Below, piece by piece: positions 47,291 to 58,919 of a DNA stretch of 64,000 nucleotides. Origin of the DNA: Lophium mytilinum (lineage: Eukaryota). Made by a program: the position numbers and the translations under genes. Numbering within the stretch: the stretch's first letter is position 1; every line of letters starts with the position of its first letter. The stretch covers positions 620,001-684,000 of the forward strand of contig MU004187.1 of NCBI GenBank assembly GCA_010093605.1, written 5' to 3'. The notes under the pieces were generated by a model, which saw nothing but the letters and a program-made list of their open reading frames with translations, searched no databases and had not been told where the DNA came from.

Positions 47291-47659
47291 TTGATGAAGA
47301 GAGAGGGAAATGCCGAGAAGTAAAATAAACGACTCAAAGATCTATATATTCTCCTTAGGCAACAGGATGAAAGCCGTAATCACAAAATTAATGGCCGACT
47401 AGGTTTTGGCGATCGACTAATGGTGTGGTGGAGCACTTGGCAATCGTTTGCCTATGGCTACTATATGTGAGATCCAGCGTAGAATGAGAGGAAATAGGGG
47501 ACAAAGATGAAGCTGGAGGAAGAGAAAGGATGGGGTCGAGGGCCTGGGGCTGGGAATGCGGATCTCGACACTACCTAACCTCTTTTAGAACTGCGCCACC
47601 ACCTGCACTAGCGCGCTTGGCAGTGCTCGAAAGATACCAAGTATTTGATATTATTTCAA

Positions 47660-49027
47660 GGATAAGCCTACTTGTAGCCCCCCTTTCACCTCATTGTAGC
47701 CCCCCTTTTGCCTCCGTGTAGCCCCCCCTATATTAGGTCTAGCGCCGGCCCGTATAAATATTATTCCACTAATTAAACTTACTTGTTTAACTTTATAGAA
47801 GGCTGCGTAAAATAGTAAGTATATATTACAAAACGGAAAGCCTTATAATTATAGTGCAGCTTAATTACCTTAAAGAACTAGTTACCTAGCTAAAGATTAT
47901 AAGAGAAGAAAGCTTTTATCTAATAGTTAGTCTTCTTAGTATATATACGCCGCTTTCTATTAGCTAGTATATATATTCCTGCGCAGTTAAATTCTATAAA
48001 AACTTTGCGCACTTATAGTAGAGTGCGCTTATTATACTTATTACTACATTTTTAAAAGGTATAGCCCTGCGCCTTTATATAGTAGAGTAGATCCGAAGTA
48101 TATAGTTAGAAAGTATAGTAGCTAGTATATAGTAGGTTCTATATAGTTCTATATATATATTTACTATATTACACTATATATATATTATATTCTACTTAGT
48201 TTCTTTTATTACATCGCGCGTATATATAATTATAACTCTAAAGTTTTAAACTTAACTCTATTATCTATACCTTAAATATATATTCTTTAGCCTTAATTAC
48301 CCCTTAATTACTCTTTCTTAAATCCTTTAGCCTTCTTAGGCCTTAATACGGGCTGCGCCTAGGTCTTATTAGTATGCAAAGTTAACGGTTGCCGCCGCTT
48401 AGAAATACTTAACTTATTAGCCTTATTTTCTTACTTTTCCCTAGAGTTGTAGCCTTCCTATTCTAGTCTTTAGAGGCTCTTAGCCTAGAAAGGCTAAGGA
48501 GGTAAAGAAGAAAAAATAAATATAATTAAGGTTACCTAATAGGCGTATATGCAGGCGTATAAGCCTTTATACTATAGATAGTTTAGTTTTATAGTTTAAG
48601 GCTGTAATGTAATATACCTACGGCGTAATAAGGTAAGCTACAGGGGACCTAATATACGTAGCCGTAATATAATAAACGCGTGCACGGGACTATACGGGAC
48701 CTACTATACGCTGGCTACTGTACTTTTTAACTGTACGCTCCGGATCTACTCTAATTGTATAGGCTTAGATAGATGCTATATTAGCCTCTACGGACTTGTA
48801 GCGGGCCTAAGGGGGTGCCCGGAGTAGCATAGTGTTAAGGTGGGATGCAGGAGAGAATATTATATATTCACCTGTGATGTATAGATTTAGTTAGCTTGGC
48901 ATGTAAGGCAAGCTAGAGGTAAACGAGTGAGTTTAATTAGTGGACCAATATTTATACGGGCCGGCGCTAGACCTAATATAGGGGGGGCTACACGGAGGTA
49001 AAAGGGGGGCTACGAGTAGGCTTGTCC
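47660..49027. mobile_element. Non-autonomous, RIP-degraded DNA transposon (1368 bp) with long TIRs and an 8-bp TSD; Mutator-like by terminus structure
   Basis: Left TIR 47660-47789 is the reverse complement of right TIR 48920-49027 (GGAyAAGCCTACTyGTAGCCCCCC...TATATTAGGTCTAGCGCCGGCCCGTATAAATATT); TATTTCAA duplicated at 47652-47659 and 49028-49035; interior AT- and TpA-rich with no ORF. Confidence 0.92.
48083..48753. repeat. Nested inverted repeat (arms about 170 bp) inside the transposon; possible second, MITE-like element
   Basis: 48085-48257 aligns with the reverse complement of about 48585-48751 (GAGTAGATCCGrAGyrTAyAGTTArAAAGTAyAGTAGCyAG...), differing mostly by transitions; TA at both outer ends. 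Confidence 0.8.
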
Positions 49028-49351
49028 TATTTCAAACGTTAAATTGGTGTAAAAGTATGTTATAACTGTGGCATCAGCATCAGGAGACGACACCTTTTGG
49101 AATGGGAAGCCAAGGCTTTGATAAATTCCGTTCAATTCCACGAGGGGCTAAGCGCGGTAATGTAAACGCAGGTATCCAGGGCTCGTCGCTCACTTACGCC
49201 GCACATACAACATCAGATTAGGCAACAAGAACGCCCCGCCTATGCACTAAAATATTCCGCAAGGCTGCTTCTAAGGTGTTCTATAAGCTTTGACCACTTC
49301 CTCTTGGTATATAAGGGAAGTAGGAGGGGCTGAGTCACAACCCCTCTATAT

Positions 49352-51388
49352 ATGCTCCGACTCACGAGTCCCCGCGCTCTTCAACACACGCTCTTCTCTC
49401 TTGCTTCTCTGAAGCCGATCAATATGGCGGCCGTCACTGTTCTAGACTGTTCGCAGTCTTTTCATAATGTCAACATCCACTCGCACGACGACAGCAAGAT
49501 TGGGGAGACTTTTCTGAACTCAGCGTATGAGTGGACCGACAAGATTAGGAAGAATCTGCTTCTCCTTGGAGAAGCTTCAAAGACCGATGGAATTCTACCA
49601 AACTCTGTTGTCATCGACGAGAGCATCCTCGATACACCCCGTCGCAGGTCTGCAGACCCCGAGCGAGCCACTCTGGCCGTGATGATTGCCCAGCTTCTTT
49701 ACCCTGGACCTAGCGACTCTCTCGGCCCAATCATCAAGTACGAAGCAGATGTCGTCAAACTCCGCAAAGCTATCTTGCAACAACGCAAGAGGGACATCGA
49801 GGAAGCTACAGCCAGAAACAGCCTCCGCAGCTGGGAAGATCGTATCCGACGACAAGGCCCCTGGAACCCGGAAGAGGATCTACTTTCGTGGAATGGTGTT
49901 TCTAGCTTGCCCATGCCGGTCAAGATTGCAGCGAAGGAGACATTGGAGCCATTCTTCGATCACTTGCGGTCTGGAGGCACTCACTTGAAGGACTCGACTA
50001 GCCGGGGCATAGAGGACGCAGTCGAGGCGGACGAACCCTTTTACGATACCCAAACCCTTGAGTTCCAGAAAGGTGTTGTCTACTCCGATCATCGTATGGA
50101 CCTTTGCAAAATGGTGGTCGGGCACACCAACATTGGCGATCTGATGAACAGCCTCAGAACAAACGAATTCATCACGCACTTCCTGCTCGGCAATAACATC
50201 ATCGGTCCACATGGAGCATATTGTATTGCTGAATTTCTAAAAGAGTTCCCAAATAGGATGGATACTTGGTATCTGGCCGGGAATTGCATCGATGCTCCAT
50301 CGTTCGAGCTACTCGTCGACCAATGGACACGCTCAACCTCAGTCACCAATATCTGGCTCAAGCGCAATCCGTTGATGGCCACCTCCGCGATGAACGTATA
50401 TCGTCTCATTACAGAAACCAAGAATCTACGGACCTTGGACCTGGATCAGACGGAGCTTGGTGATGCAGGCGTTGCCGAACTCTTCTCGGCCCTGGCCGCG
50501 CACAAGTCGGAGGCGCCTCTTGCCCTTCGCCACATCTACCTCAACATGAACGGGATTGGTTTTCGCGGAGCCACTGCCATCGCCGATTACCTCTCGTCGT
50601 CCTCTTGCACTCTCACGTCATTGTACATGACGAACAATCCTCTCGGTTCCGCGGGCGTGACTGCTCTCTCTCGCGGGCTAAAGGAGAATAAGACATTGAC
50701 TAGACTCACCCTCGCGTCTGTCGGGATGGGTGACGAAGGAGCGACGGCCTTGTGCTCTTCTTTAGTTGATCATCCCACCCTCACAATGCTTGAGATTGGA
50801 CACAGCTATGCGACCGAAGATCTTGGAATGCGGTACGTCTAACGTGAAACACCTCTTGAGCTTTGACTAACGCGATATAGCTACAATTGGATCACCGATC
50901 GATCCGCATCCTCGATTGCGAACATGGTCCAATCTCTCCACACACTACGATATCTGAGCCTGGGGTACTGCTCTATCAGCACTGCCGGTATTAACAGCAT
51001 CCTGCGGTCCGTCTGTGACTCAGAGTCACTGGAGTGGTTCAACGGAAAGACTGTTCTCCTCAACACGCGTGATGAGCTTGAGATCAAAGCCCGCCAAGAA
51101 CGCGTAGGGCTCTTGAAGACAGCCCAAGAGTTGTTCGAGAAGAATGTGCGGAAGCAGTACGGTGACCAGCTCACCTACGACAAATTTCTCGCCGACCAGA
51201 AGCGTTGGCTAGTGAACGACGAGACCGACGTCCGGAAAATTGATAGTGTGTACCGCAATCGGGATGCGGGTATGGCGCGGCGGGGCTTGAAGAAGCTGGA
51301 TAAATGGTGGGATCAGGATGATGATACCCTTCAGGAGGTCATGGCCCAGGGCCCTACGTGCTCCTACCGGAAACGGCTTGCCGCGTAG
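49352..51388 (+). CDS. Ribonuclease-inhibitor-like leucine-rich repeat protein; exons 49352(or 49424)-50832 and 50881-51388
   Basis: 28-aa RI-type LRRs (ITHFLLGNNIIG, TWYLAGNCID, NIWLKRNPL, TLDLDQTELGD, SLYMTNNPLG); intron GTACGT...CTAAC...TAG is in frame. Confidence 0.88.
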
Positions 51389-51914
51389 GGTGGAAATATG
51401 ACCATGGCTCCTGTTATCACTGAGATCTGTATAGGGGTTTCTCCATGTCTCTAAGCCGGCAGCACGCTGAAGTCTGGATAATCCCTGGTGTATGGAAGAG
51501 GCTCTTGAATACCTCTAGTCTATACATACACGGTTCATCTACAGGCAAATCCAATTAATCTCTCCTCCAAAAGCGTACTAAATTGCTTTCTCTCGCGCAT
51601 ATTGTACGTACATACATGCTTTCAGATGCTGCTTACTTGCCTGCCGTGGCGAAGAAAGAATAGTTCTGACGTTCAGTTTCGATATGGAGAATATACAAAA
51701 CACTTGTCTGGCACCGCCTGGGGTCCTATACCTAGTGAGCTATACAAAACTTGTAAATCCGCAAGTTTGACAAAAATAATAGCTCACCAGGCCACCGCGG
51801 ACGGTCTTTGACTGCACACCTTTCACGATCCGTAATTCCGCTTATATATTATTACATTCTCTCAATCTCAATTCACGCCGTCGACGAAGTTTATACCGAC
51901 TTCCCAATTTTTCG

Positions 51915-53098
51915 TCAAGTCGTAAGCACAGGCCACCCAGACGAGAAGTCCAGATAGTTAAACCCAAACTGAAAGTCCTTATACTCATACCCGATGCGTG
52001 TATCCACTGTTAACCGTCAGCATCCAGACCAAACAAAGACGGAAAAAACTAATCAGAAGCCAACATACCATAGTGATAGTATATCACAGCCCGGCCCCCA
52101 TCATCAACCAACACCCCCTGCCCCCCAGGCGCATACACAAACCCATGGCTCCCCAGCACAAGCGAGCCCCCATTACCCGAGAGACAGCTCTTCCCAGCCT
52201 GATCCACAAACGGGCCGGTGGGCGACTCCGCCCGGCCCACCATCACCTTATACTCCTCCCCGGCCGGCGCCAGATCGTCCTGCGCCTGGCAGCACAGCCC
52301 GCTGGAGAAGAAGAGATAGTACCACGTCTTCCCCGCGACTGTTGTCGAGAACTGGAACCCGCCTTCCTCGACCGTCGTCGCGTCCGCCCCGAGCCGGATG
52401 GTCGAGTTGTACACGACGTTTGCCGGGGCGGCACCGGACCATTTCGTCGGATCGTCGGCGGAGAGCGTGGTTTGGAAGATGTCGCGCCAGAAGGAGCCGA
52501 AGATGAAGTGGCTCGTGTCCCCGTCGCGGAAGAGGTTCGGGTCGATGAGGTTGTAGTCTGAGCTCTTGGGCAGCCCGAGACTGCCGTGGTCGGTCCATGT
52601 GCTGCCGGCCTCGAGCGAGGGCGATGTGGCGACGCCGATGTCTGAGGCTTGGCTGCCCGAGGTTGACACGGCGTAGTACACGTGGTAGGTGGAGTCGATG
52701 AGGTGGACGTCGGGCGCCTGGGTGAGGTGAGCCACGTTGTATTGGCTAAGTTGGGCATGGATGTGGAGTGACTATGGTGGGTTTACAAGCTTACTTACCC
52801 ACAGTTGCTGGTCGTCAGCGACTTTGATGATGCTGCCCTGGGGCAGCATTTGTTGCTGGTACGTCCATGGCCCGTTGAGCGAGGGCGCGTTCGCGATGAG
52901 GATGTTGTCGTTGGTGGAGAAGCGGTACCATGTATCGCCTTTCTTGATTAAACTCGGGTCGTGTATAGCGCTGTTGTTTCCTGTGCATGGCTCTGGATCT
53001 GGCCACGATGCTGCGGCTCGAGGATGAATTGGTGTCGCGGCTACCAGTGCCAGCGCTGCACTGACGAGCAGCGAATAGGATACTATAGAATAGGTCAT
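51915..53098 (-). CDS. Secreted endo-1,5-alpha-L-arabinanase (GH43); exons 53098-52799, 52717-52069, 52006-51915
   Basis: Signal peptide; HDPS, WAPD, NLIDPN, FGSFW, EGG, YYLFFSSGLCC, GPFVD..G, APGGQG, C-terminal DFSSGWP. Confidence 0.93.
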
Positions 53099-53952
53099 TT
53101 GGAAGTAGTGTAGTTAGTCCCTAGTACTGAGGCGATTATTCTATTGTCCTGGAGCGCGAGGAGACACATTTTAATATACAACCCGTCCTCGACGTCCGTG
53201 TCCGCAGCTTCACTCCGGCAGTTCCACCATCGTGCACAGCTTCTGACCACAGCCTTCTTCGGACAAGACGGTAGGAGCCCTGCTGACTGTCTTGGTTCGA
53301 ATGGCATGAGATGGAGTGGGCGCACGTGCGGTGCAAGGGAGAGCTGATGGTCAATCTTTGCCGGTTTAATGTAGATCTACATGGCCCCTGTCGTGGCATA
53401 AGCCTGCGCCCATCCAATTATAGCTGCGAGTCAGGCAGATGCAATATAATGCTGTGCTGGCATTCCCTGCAACTGGTACGTAACAATGGGACGCAAAATT
53501 TTGTTGCTGCGAGTCTGAGTGAGAGTGTCAGCTTTGAGGTATGATGTCATATGCCGTGTTTTCCGTGGATTTAGTATGAATTTTGGAAATAACGATTCTT
53601 GAATCATGCTAATGATGCCGAGCTTGGTAGAAGGAAAAGAATAGCCATACACGGCAAGGCTAATGCTAGTGCAGTGTTAGTATGATTGTTTGTTGTAGGC
53701 CTAAATGTGTTCGGTTCTTGGCGCTTCTGCTCTTTTGCACGCTCTGTACTGTCTAGGCTTCCGTTCTGGAGTTTCAGGAGTGGGACATGACAACGAGAAT
53801 AAAGATGTCGAACTGCTTGCTCTAGAAACTTGTTACATCAGATCATATCATATGACTTCCTTTCAACTAGGCCTCTTTTAGAGTAGGGCCAAGCTTCACT
53901 TCTAAGAATAGTGTGGAAAAGGACGGAGAGAAAGTCTAAACGTCCTACGTCT

Positions 53953-55161
53953 TTACCTAGATCCAAAGATCAGAGTTCCCAGTTTGCCAGCCAATGTAGA
54001 ACTGGCCTCTTGGTTTACGTCTGTGTCAATCCTGGTATAAGTTTTCGTTTCGTCTGACTCGCCCCTCTTAGCTTTGGCCGCCGCATCTTCCCACTCCTCT
54101 GCCAACTGACAGACGTTAGTCAAAGACCAAAGACCAGCGATTACATGTTTGAATTGTCAACCTACCTCAGTCATCTCTTCGACCACGTGTACGATTCTCC
54201 CTTTCTTACCGCCTTCTTGCACTTCGCCGTCGCCGTCCTCCCACACCTCCGTCTTCTTGTAAAAGGGTATCAGCCACCAAGATGCAGAAAAATTCACCGC
54301 AACCATCTGCCTGCGAACCCTCTTCCACCTCCTCCCCGTTCCCTTCTCCACCGGCTTATCCAGCCACCCCTGCACCCTTTCCCATTTTTTGTCCGGCAAG
54401 TCAAAGTTCGAATAGTTATACATGTGCATCAAGACATCAATGCTAACATCGTCCACGCACGGTAACCGCGCCAAGACCTTCTCCAACGCCGTAGCTAGCT
54501 GATCCGGCTGCGAAGTTTCCACTAATGCCGGTCTTGTAGTTTCATAAGTCTGGTCCGGCGAGCCCGACACGCGGTGGAAGCGTAGACTGCGTAGGCTTGG
54601 GACAGGATCCGCGCGTTTTTTGGGCGGACCGTTCCACCAAGCCCACCCGGGCCAGATCGCGAATTGAAGCTGACGGACATGTTGCATGATGGGGAGAAGG
54701 GAGAGGAAGGTGGGCGAAAGAGAGGTCCTCTCTGGAACATGCATCCCACCAAACGAAGCATGCACATGTTGGAGAACATCCATCGTGATTTGTGGCCACA
54801 TGTCTGTCTCCAGAAGCTTTTTCGCCTCGTACATGCTGCTTGCACTAGAAGGGTCGGGTTCCACCAAGCCCTCACATTGTTTCCGCAGGCGTGATTGTTT
54901 GGGGCTCGAGTTGGCGATGTCGATGAGGGTTTGAGTGCATTCCGCGCGGATTTGCTGGCAGACGTGGAGGAGGTAGATTGGAAACTGGGCTGGCAGGAAG
55001 ATAGTTTTGTCGATGTAGTTGGGTGGTGGTTTGGCGAAGTGGTGACTCGAGTGACGGTTCTTGGGAGCGGTCGAGGGGATCATCTGCGGTGGGAGGAGTA
55101 GCAGATGGTAGATCTCGTCGCGCAATTCGCGGGGGATCGAGAGGAGGTTTGGGGGAGACAT
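53953..55161 (-). CDS. N-terminal F-box-like protein of unknown function; exons 55161-54166 and 54105-53953
   Basis: LLSIPRELRDEIY.LLL and LLHVCQQIRAE motifs; in-frame intron GTAGGT...CTAAC...CAG. Confidence 0.72.
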
Positions 55162-56617
55162 TAGGAGGAGGTTGGTAGTGTGTTAGTGGGGAGTGTAAGG
55201 AAGCGCGATGGAGTTCTAGAGTTTAAATGTCAAATGAATAGTGATCACGATGCTTAATTGTAGAAGGAGGGTATGTTTATTTCGGTCCGATTGCTGCTGC
55301 CTAGGAGATGTTCGCGTTTGTTGACTTCGGCTATGACATGACTCGGCAGTATGAAACATAGCTGTATGAAAGTAAGACGTGTAAAGGGTGGTTATACGCG
55401 TCGAATGGTTCGCAGGGAAAGGATGGGACGGGAAGTTGACGTGAATCTTAGGTAGATGATAAGCCACTAACTTCTTTTGTGTTAGTGGTATAATTTATAC
55501 CACCCCCACACATTCGTCTCTTACCAAAATCATATCACTCCAGGTCATTGCTAGTAGGCCGATAATATACAGGCTGTGGGTATGCTTCTATGTGAACTGG
55601 ATGGAGAACTGCTTATATACACTACTAAACACATCTCCTATAGTTCTATGCAATAGAAATTCGTATTGACAAAAAACCTACAGATGTTAGTTATCCGAGT
55701 TACTGACCTAGAGTGCTGGATGTAAAGAACGCTTGTAGCTGCAAATTGAATGTGTCGAGCTGGCTTGACGAGGTTGTACGCCCGGTATCAACATAGCAAG
55801 ACGGTTCTTAATTGTTTGCTAACATTAATCAGCGGACCGTTAGGTTAGCAGGTATCTCGAGTTGACATAAGTATTGCCAACTTGAGGACGGCTAGGTTCG
55901 CAAATCATGTAAGATCACCTTGGGCACGTTTTTCCTCGGTAGACCTTTTCGTTCCCTCGAGGCTAAGGTCTAAACTTTGGGTGTCACCAATCTCAGTCGT
56001 CATCTAATCCGTAATAGACCCTTCGAAGACATCCAGGAAAGAGAAAAGGAACTATCTTCGAAGTAAGACAAGACTATGAGTGGATCGCCGACCCCATAGT
56101 GCACTTAACATACGTCATGGCCGATTTCTACTAACACTGAAGACCTTTGCACGAAGAGTGTGCAAATAAATGCTAGAGATAATGTGATGTACTTCTCCCT
56201 AGAACCGAGCTTGAACAGGATAAGAGATAATTGCAACAAGAATTCTACGATTAGGTTTAGCAGCTAGATCTAGTACTCTACAAACTATTCAGCAATACGC
56301 TATGCCGTGATTAACGATTAAGAGACAAAAGACTCGATATCCTCCCGATAAAAAGCACACCCTCGGCTCGTCGTACGAAGTACTACCAGCTCCCCCCCCC
56401 CCTGCCCCACTCCCACACTCCCCCTGCCTAGGCAAAAATGACTCAACCACCCCACCTTTCACCGATCCATGCAAATCTAGCCACCCTCTCACCAGCCTGC
56501 GACATTAAATACCCCTCCAGTTTTTGTTCCAGCCCGGGTTCTCCATTATATATCGTTTAATTTTACAACCCTCCATTCTTCCTACCAAGAGCACACGAAT
56601 CTCTCAACGAGATTGCA

Positions 56618-56701
56618 GGACCCGTGGCGCAATGGTAGCGCGTCTGATTCCAGTCACTTGGAGCATCCAGAAGGTTAGGCGTTCAAATCGCCTCGGGTTC
56701 A
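56618..56701 (+). tRNA. tRNA-Trp (anticodon CCA at 56650-56652) with a 12-nt intron (56654-56665)
   Basis: Acceptor GGACCCG/CGGGTTC, D-arm GCGC-AATGGTA-GCGC, T-arm AGGCG-TTCAAAT-CGCCT, A and B boxes, downstream T-runs. Confidence 0.93.
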
Positions 56702-56726
56702 AGTCCCGCCCTATGGTATCGAATTA

Positions 56727-56745
56727 TTTTTTGGGTCTTTTTTTT
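56727..56745 (+). terminator. RNA polymerase III oligo-T terminator of the tRNA-Trp gene
   Basis: Two T-runs of 6 or more about 25-45 nt downstream of the tRNA. Confidence 0.7.
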
Positions 56746-57033
56746 GGTTTTGGGGTTCTTTGTGGAGGAGCGGGGCAGAGGGGTGAAGGGATAATGTGTT
56801 TTAGCCGAGTGATAGCGGCAGGCGGGGTTAAGCTGTGGCTTTACAACCCGAGGTACATGTTGCTTTTTTGTGGTTGGTTTAAGTTCGTAGGTCTAGTTGG
56901 GATTTGTGATAGATGGACGGGATCTTTAGTTGCATGGTTTCATATTTACATATATACACTTTTGATGTTTGTTTGCGCCTCACATATGTATCTGCACGCA
57001 GTCTACCAGGACATTTATGCGTCCAGCCGTCCC

Positions 57034-58173
57034 TCAGGTCACAGCCACATCCCCATCATCTTCTTCCTCCTCATCCTCCTTCCGATAAAGAAAATACTGC
57101 ACAAACACAAACCCATCCAACAACAAGGTCCCAAAGCTTCCCAGCAACCAAGAAAAATTAACCGCAATATACCTCGCATAAACCGCACTCGCCTCCCCCT
57201 CCCGACAATGCCGCGGGTGCCTGCAAATCGGCGAGTACGCAAAGATCGACAGCACATACGTCAGGTTCCCGATGCACGCAAACAGGAAGAACAGCATAGA
57301 GATCCCTTCCGTGCTCTTGCGGCGGTAGTTGAGCAGCAGTTGCGGGATGCGTGAGCCTAGGTACAATACGGCGCAGATGTAGCCGAAGATCTGGCCGGGG
57401 ACGTTGAAGTGGAGCGTGTCTTGGTCGGGCTGTGCGAGGTGGCGGTCCGGTTGCTTGGAGCGGTTGCTGAGCCACCAGCCAAAGACGCCGGCGGCGCAGA
57501 CGAGGACGACGGCGCTGAGATTGAAGAGGACGGCGAAGAGGGTGGAGGGCGAGGGCTTTGGTGCTGGAGGGGTGGGATCCGCGGCGCTGGGTTCCGGGCG
57601 GAGGGGCATGACGGGGGAGAAGTGGGCGCCGTCGACGGAGAGGAAGCGTTCGCGGAATGAGGATTGCGAGGAGCGACGCTCCATGTCGGATACAAGGGCT
57701 GGACCGTGGCCATTGCTACTTCCGTTGCGGTTCTCTGTGCCGAGGAGAGGAGATCTCTCATCGGAGACGACTCGCCTCTCGTCATCGCGGTCGGTCGGCT
57801 TCTTGATCTCGTCTTTGAGAGTGAAGCCCTTGTAGTAGAAGCATTGCGCGAGTAAGACAATGTCGGCTAGTGTGTAGTATACAGCAAGAATGATCTGACA
57901 GGAGATTAGAAAGACTCTCTTCAGATCAATATCAAATGATGTACTAACCATAGTAGGTAAGACTCCCTGCAACACGGCTCCCAAGATATTGAAGACGTCG
58001 CCCGCCAACCACACAACGATGAACAAAACGGAAAGGCCATCGGCAGAGCCCCTCCGAAAATTCTCAATGATTTGCGGAGAGAAAACAACGACCCAGCAGG
58101 CAATAGAGATAGAACCGCAAATCCCGCTGATGGCTTCAATATCCAGTTGCAAGCCTTGAGATGGCGGAAACAT
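57034..58173 (-). CDS. PQ-loop vacuolar cationic amino acid transporter (Ypq/PQLC2 family); intron 57948-57895
   Basis: Two PQ motifs (FSPQIIENFRR...GLS..F...WLAGD; SRIPQLLLNYRRKSTEGIS) and WLLGS.GTL.LD. Confidence 0.92.
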   Translation of the reverse strand: MFPPSQGLQLDIEAISGICGSISIACWVVVFSPQIIENFRRGSADGLSVLFIVVWLAGDVFNILGAVLQGVLPTMVSTSFDIDLKRVFLISCQIILAVYYTLADIVLLAQCFYYKGFTLKDEIKKPTDRDDERRVVSDERSPLLGTENRNGSSNGHGPALVSDMERRSSQSSFRERFLSVDGAHFSPVMPLRPEPSAADPTPPAPKPSPSTLFAVLFNLSAVVLVCAAGVFGWWLSNRSKQPDRHLAQPDQDTLHFNVPGQIFGYICAVLYLGSRIPQLLLNYRRKSTEGISMLFFLFACIGNLTYVLSIFAYSPICRHPRHCREGEASAVYARYIAVNFSWLLGSFGTLLLDGFVFVQYFLYRKEDEEEEDDGDVAVT

Positions 58174-58919
58174 TTCGTCACTCCGATACCCTCCAAAGGG
58201 TTTGGTGTTGACAGGAGGAGTGTGATTTAGACCAACTAAATGGGTACCAAGGAACCTTTCCTGATCTGAAGTATGGCCTTACGAAAGCGTAGATTCGCGG
58301 GCCAATGGTTGAATATCGATGTTCTAGAGTCTGGAGCGATGCGTCATAGGTCGAAAGTGCAGAAGGCCGGCAGTCAGTAAGAGCTATGACGTCGGTAATC
58401 ACCAGTGTGCTGGTCTTCTATAGCAATTATCTGCTAAGATGACAACGGAAGAACAATAGTGATGAATGTGCAATGGCGACGAGATGAAAGTCTTTGAGGA
58501 CACAAGGTTGAGGCTGAAAAGCCTGCTCGCTAAATCGTAGATCCGGGGAGCGCTAAGCTGCGTTGGGACATGACGTGGGGATCGTTAAGAGGACATCAAA
58601 CCAGATTGTCTCTGATGTTCATCGAGCGAATAAAGACTCCTAGCTCCATAGTATCAATCTTGACATCGTATCTAGAAGCTTGCAAGCGAACAGGGCTTCC
58701 TCAGGCAGTGTTATACGTAGACTTGAGATAGGCCACGCAGTATGCCATTAGCTAGGTACATAGGTTAAAATAGCACTTCACCAGCCTAACTGTTGCCCGC
58801 TTAATACCATTGTCAGGAGTAGCTCAGCTGCAAATGTAAATAGCATGTCAAAAGGCAGCCTGAGAATCCTCTATAAAATGGTTTGCTTAAATCTAGTCAT
58901 AACATTCATGTCACGAGTC

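Noticed and set aside
48260..48580. Possible transposase remnant inside the element
   Set aside because: Riddled with stops; I could not recover a convincing transposase motif by eye.
56524..57354. 276-aa ORF spanning the tRNA
   Set aside because: Chance frame across the tRNA, its T-rich terminator and the antisense 3' end of the PQ-loop gene.
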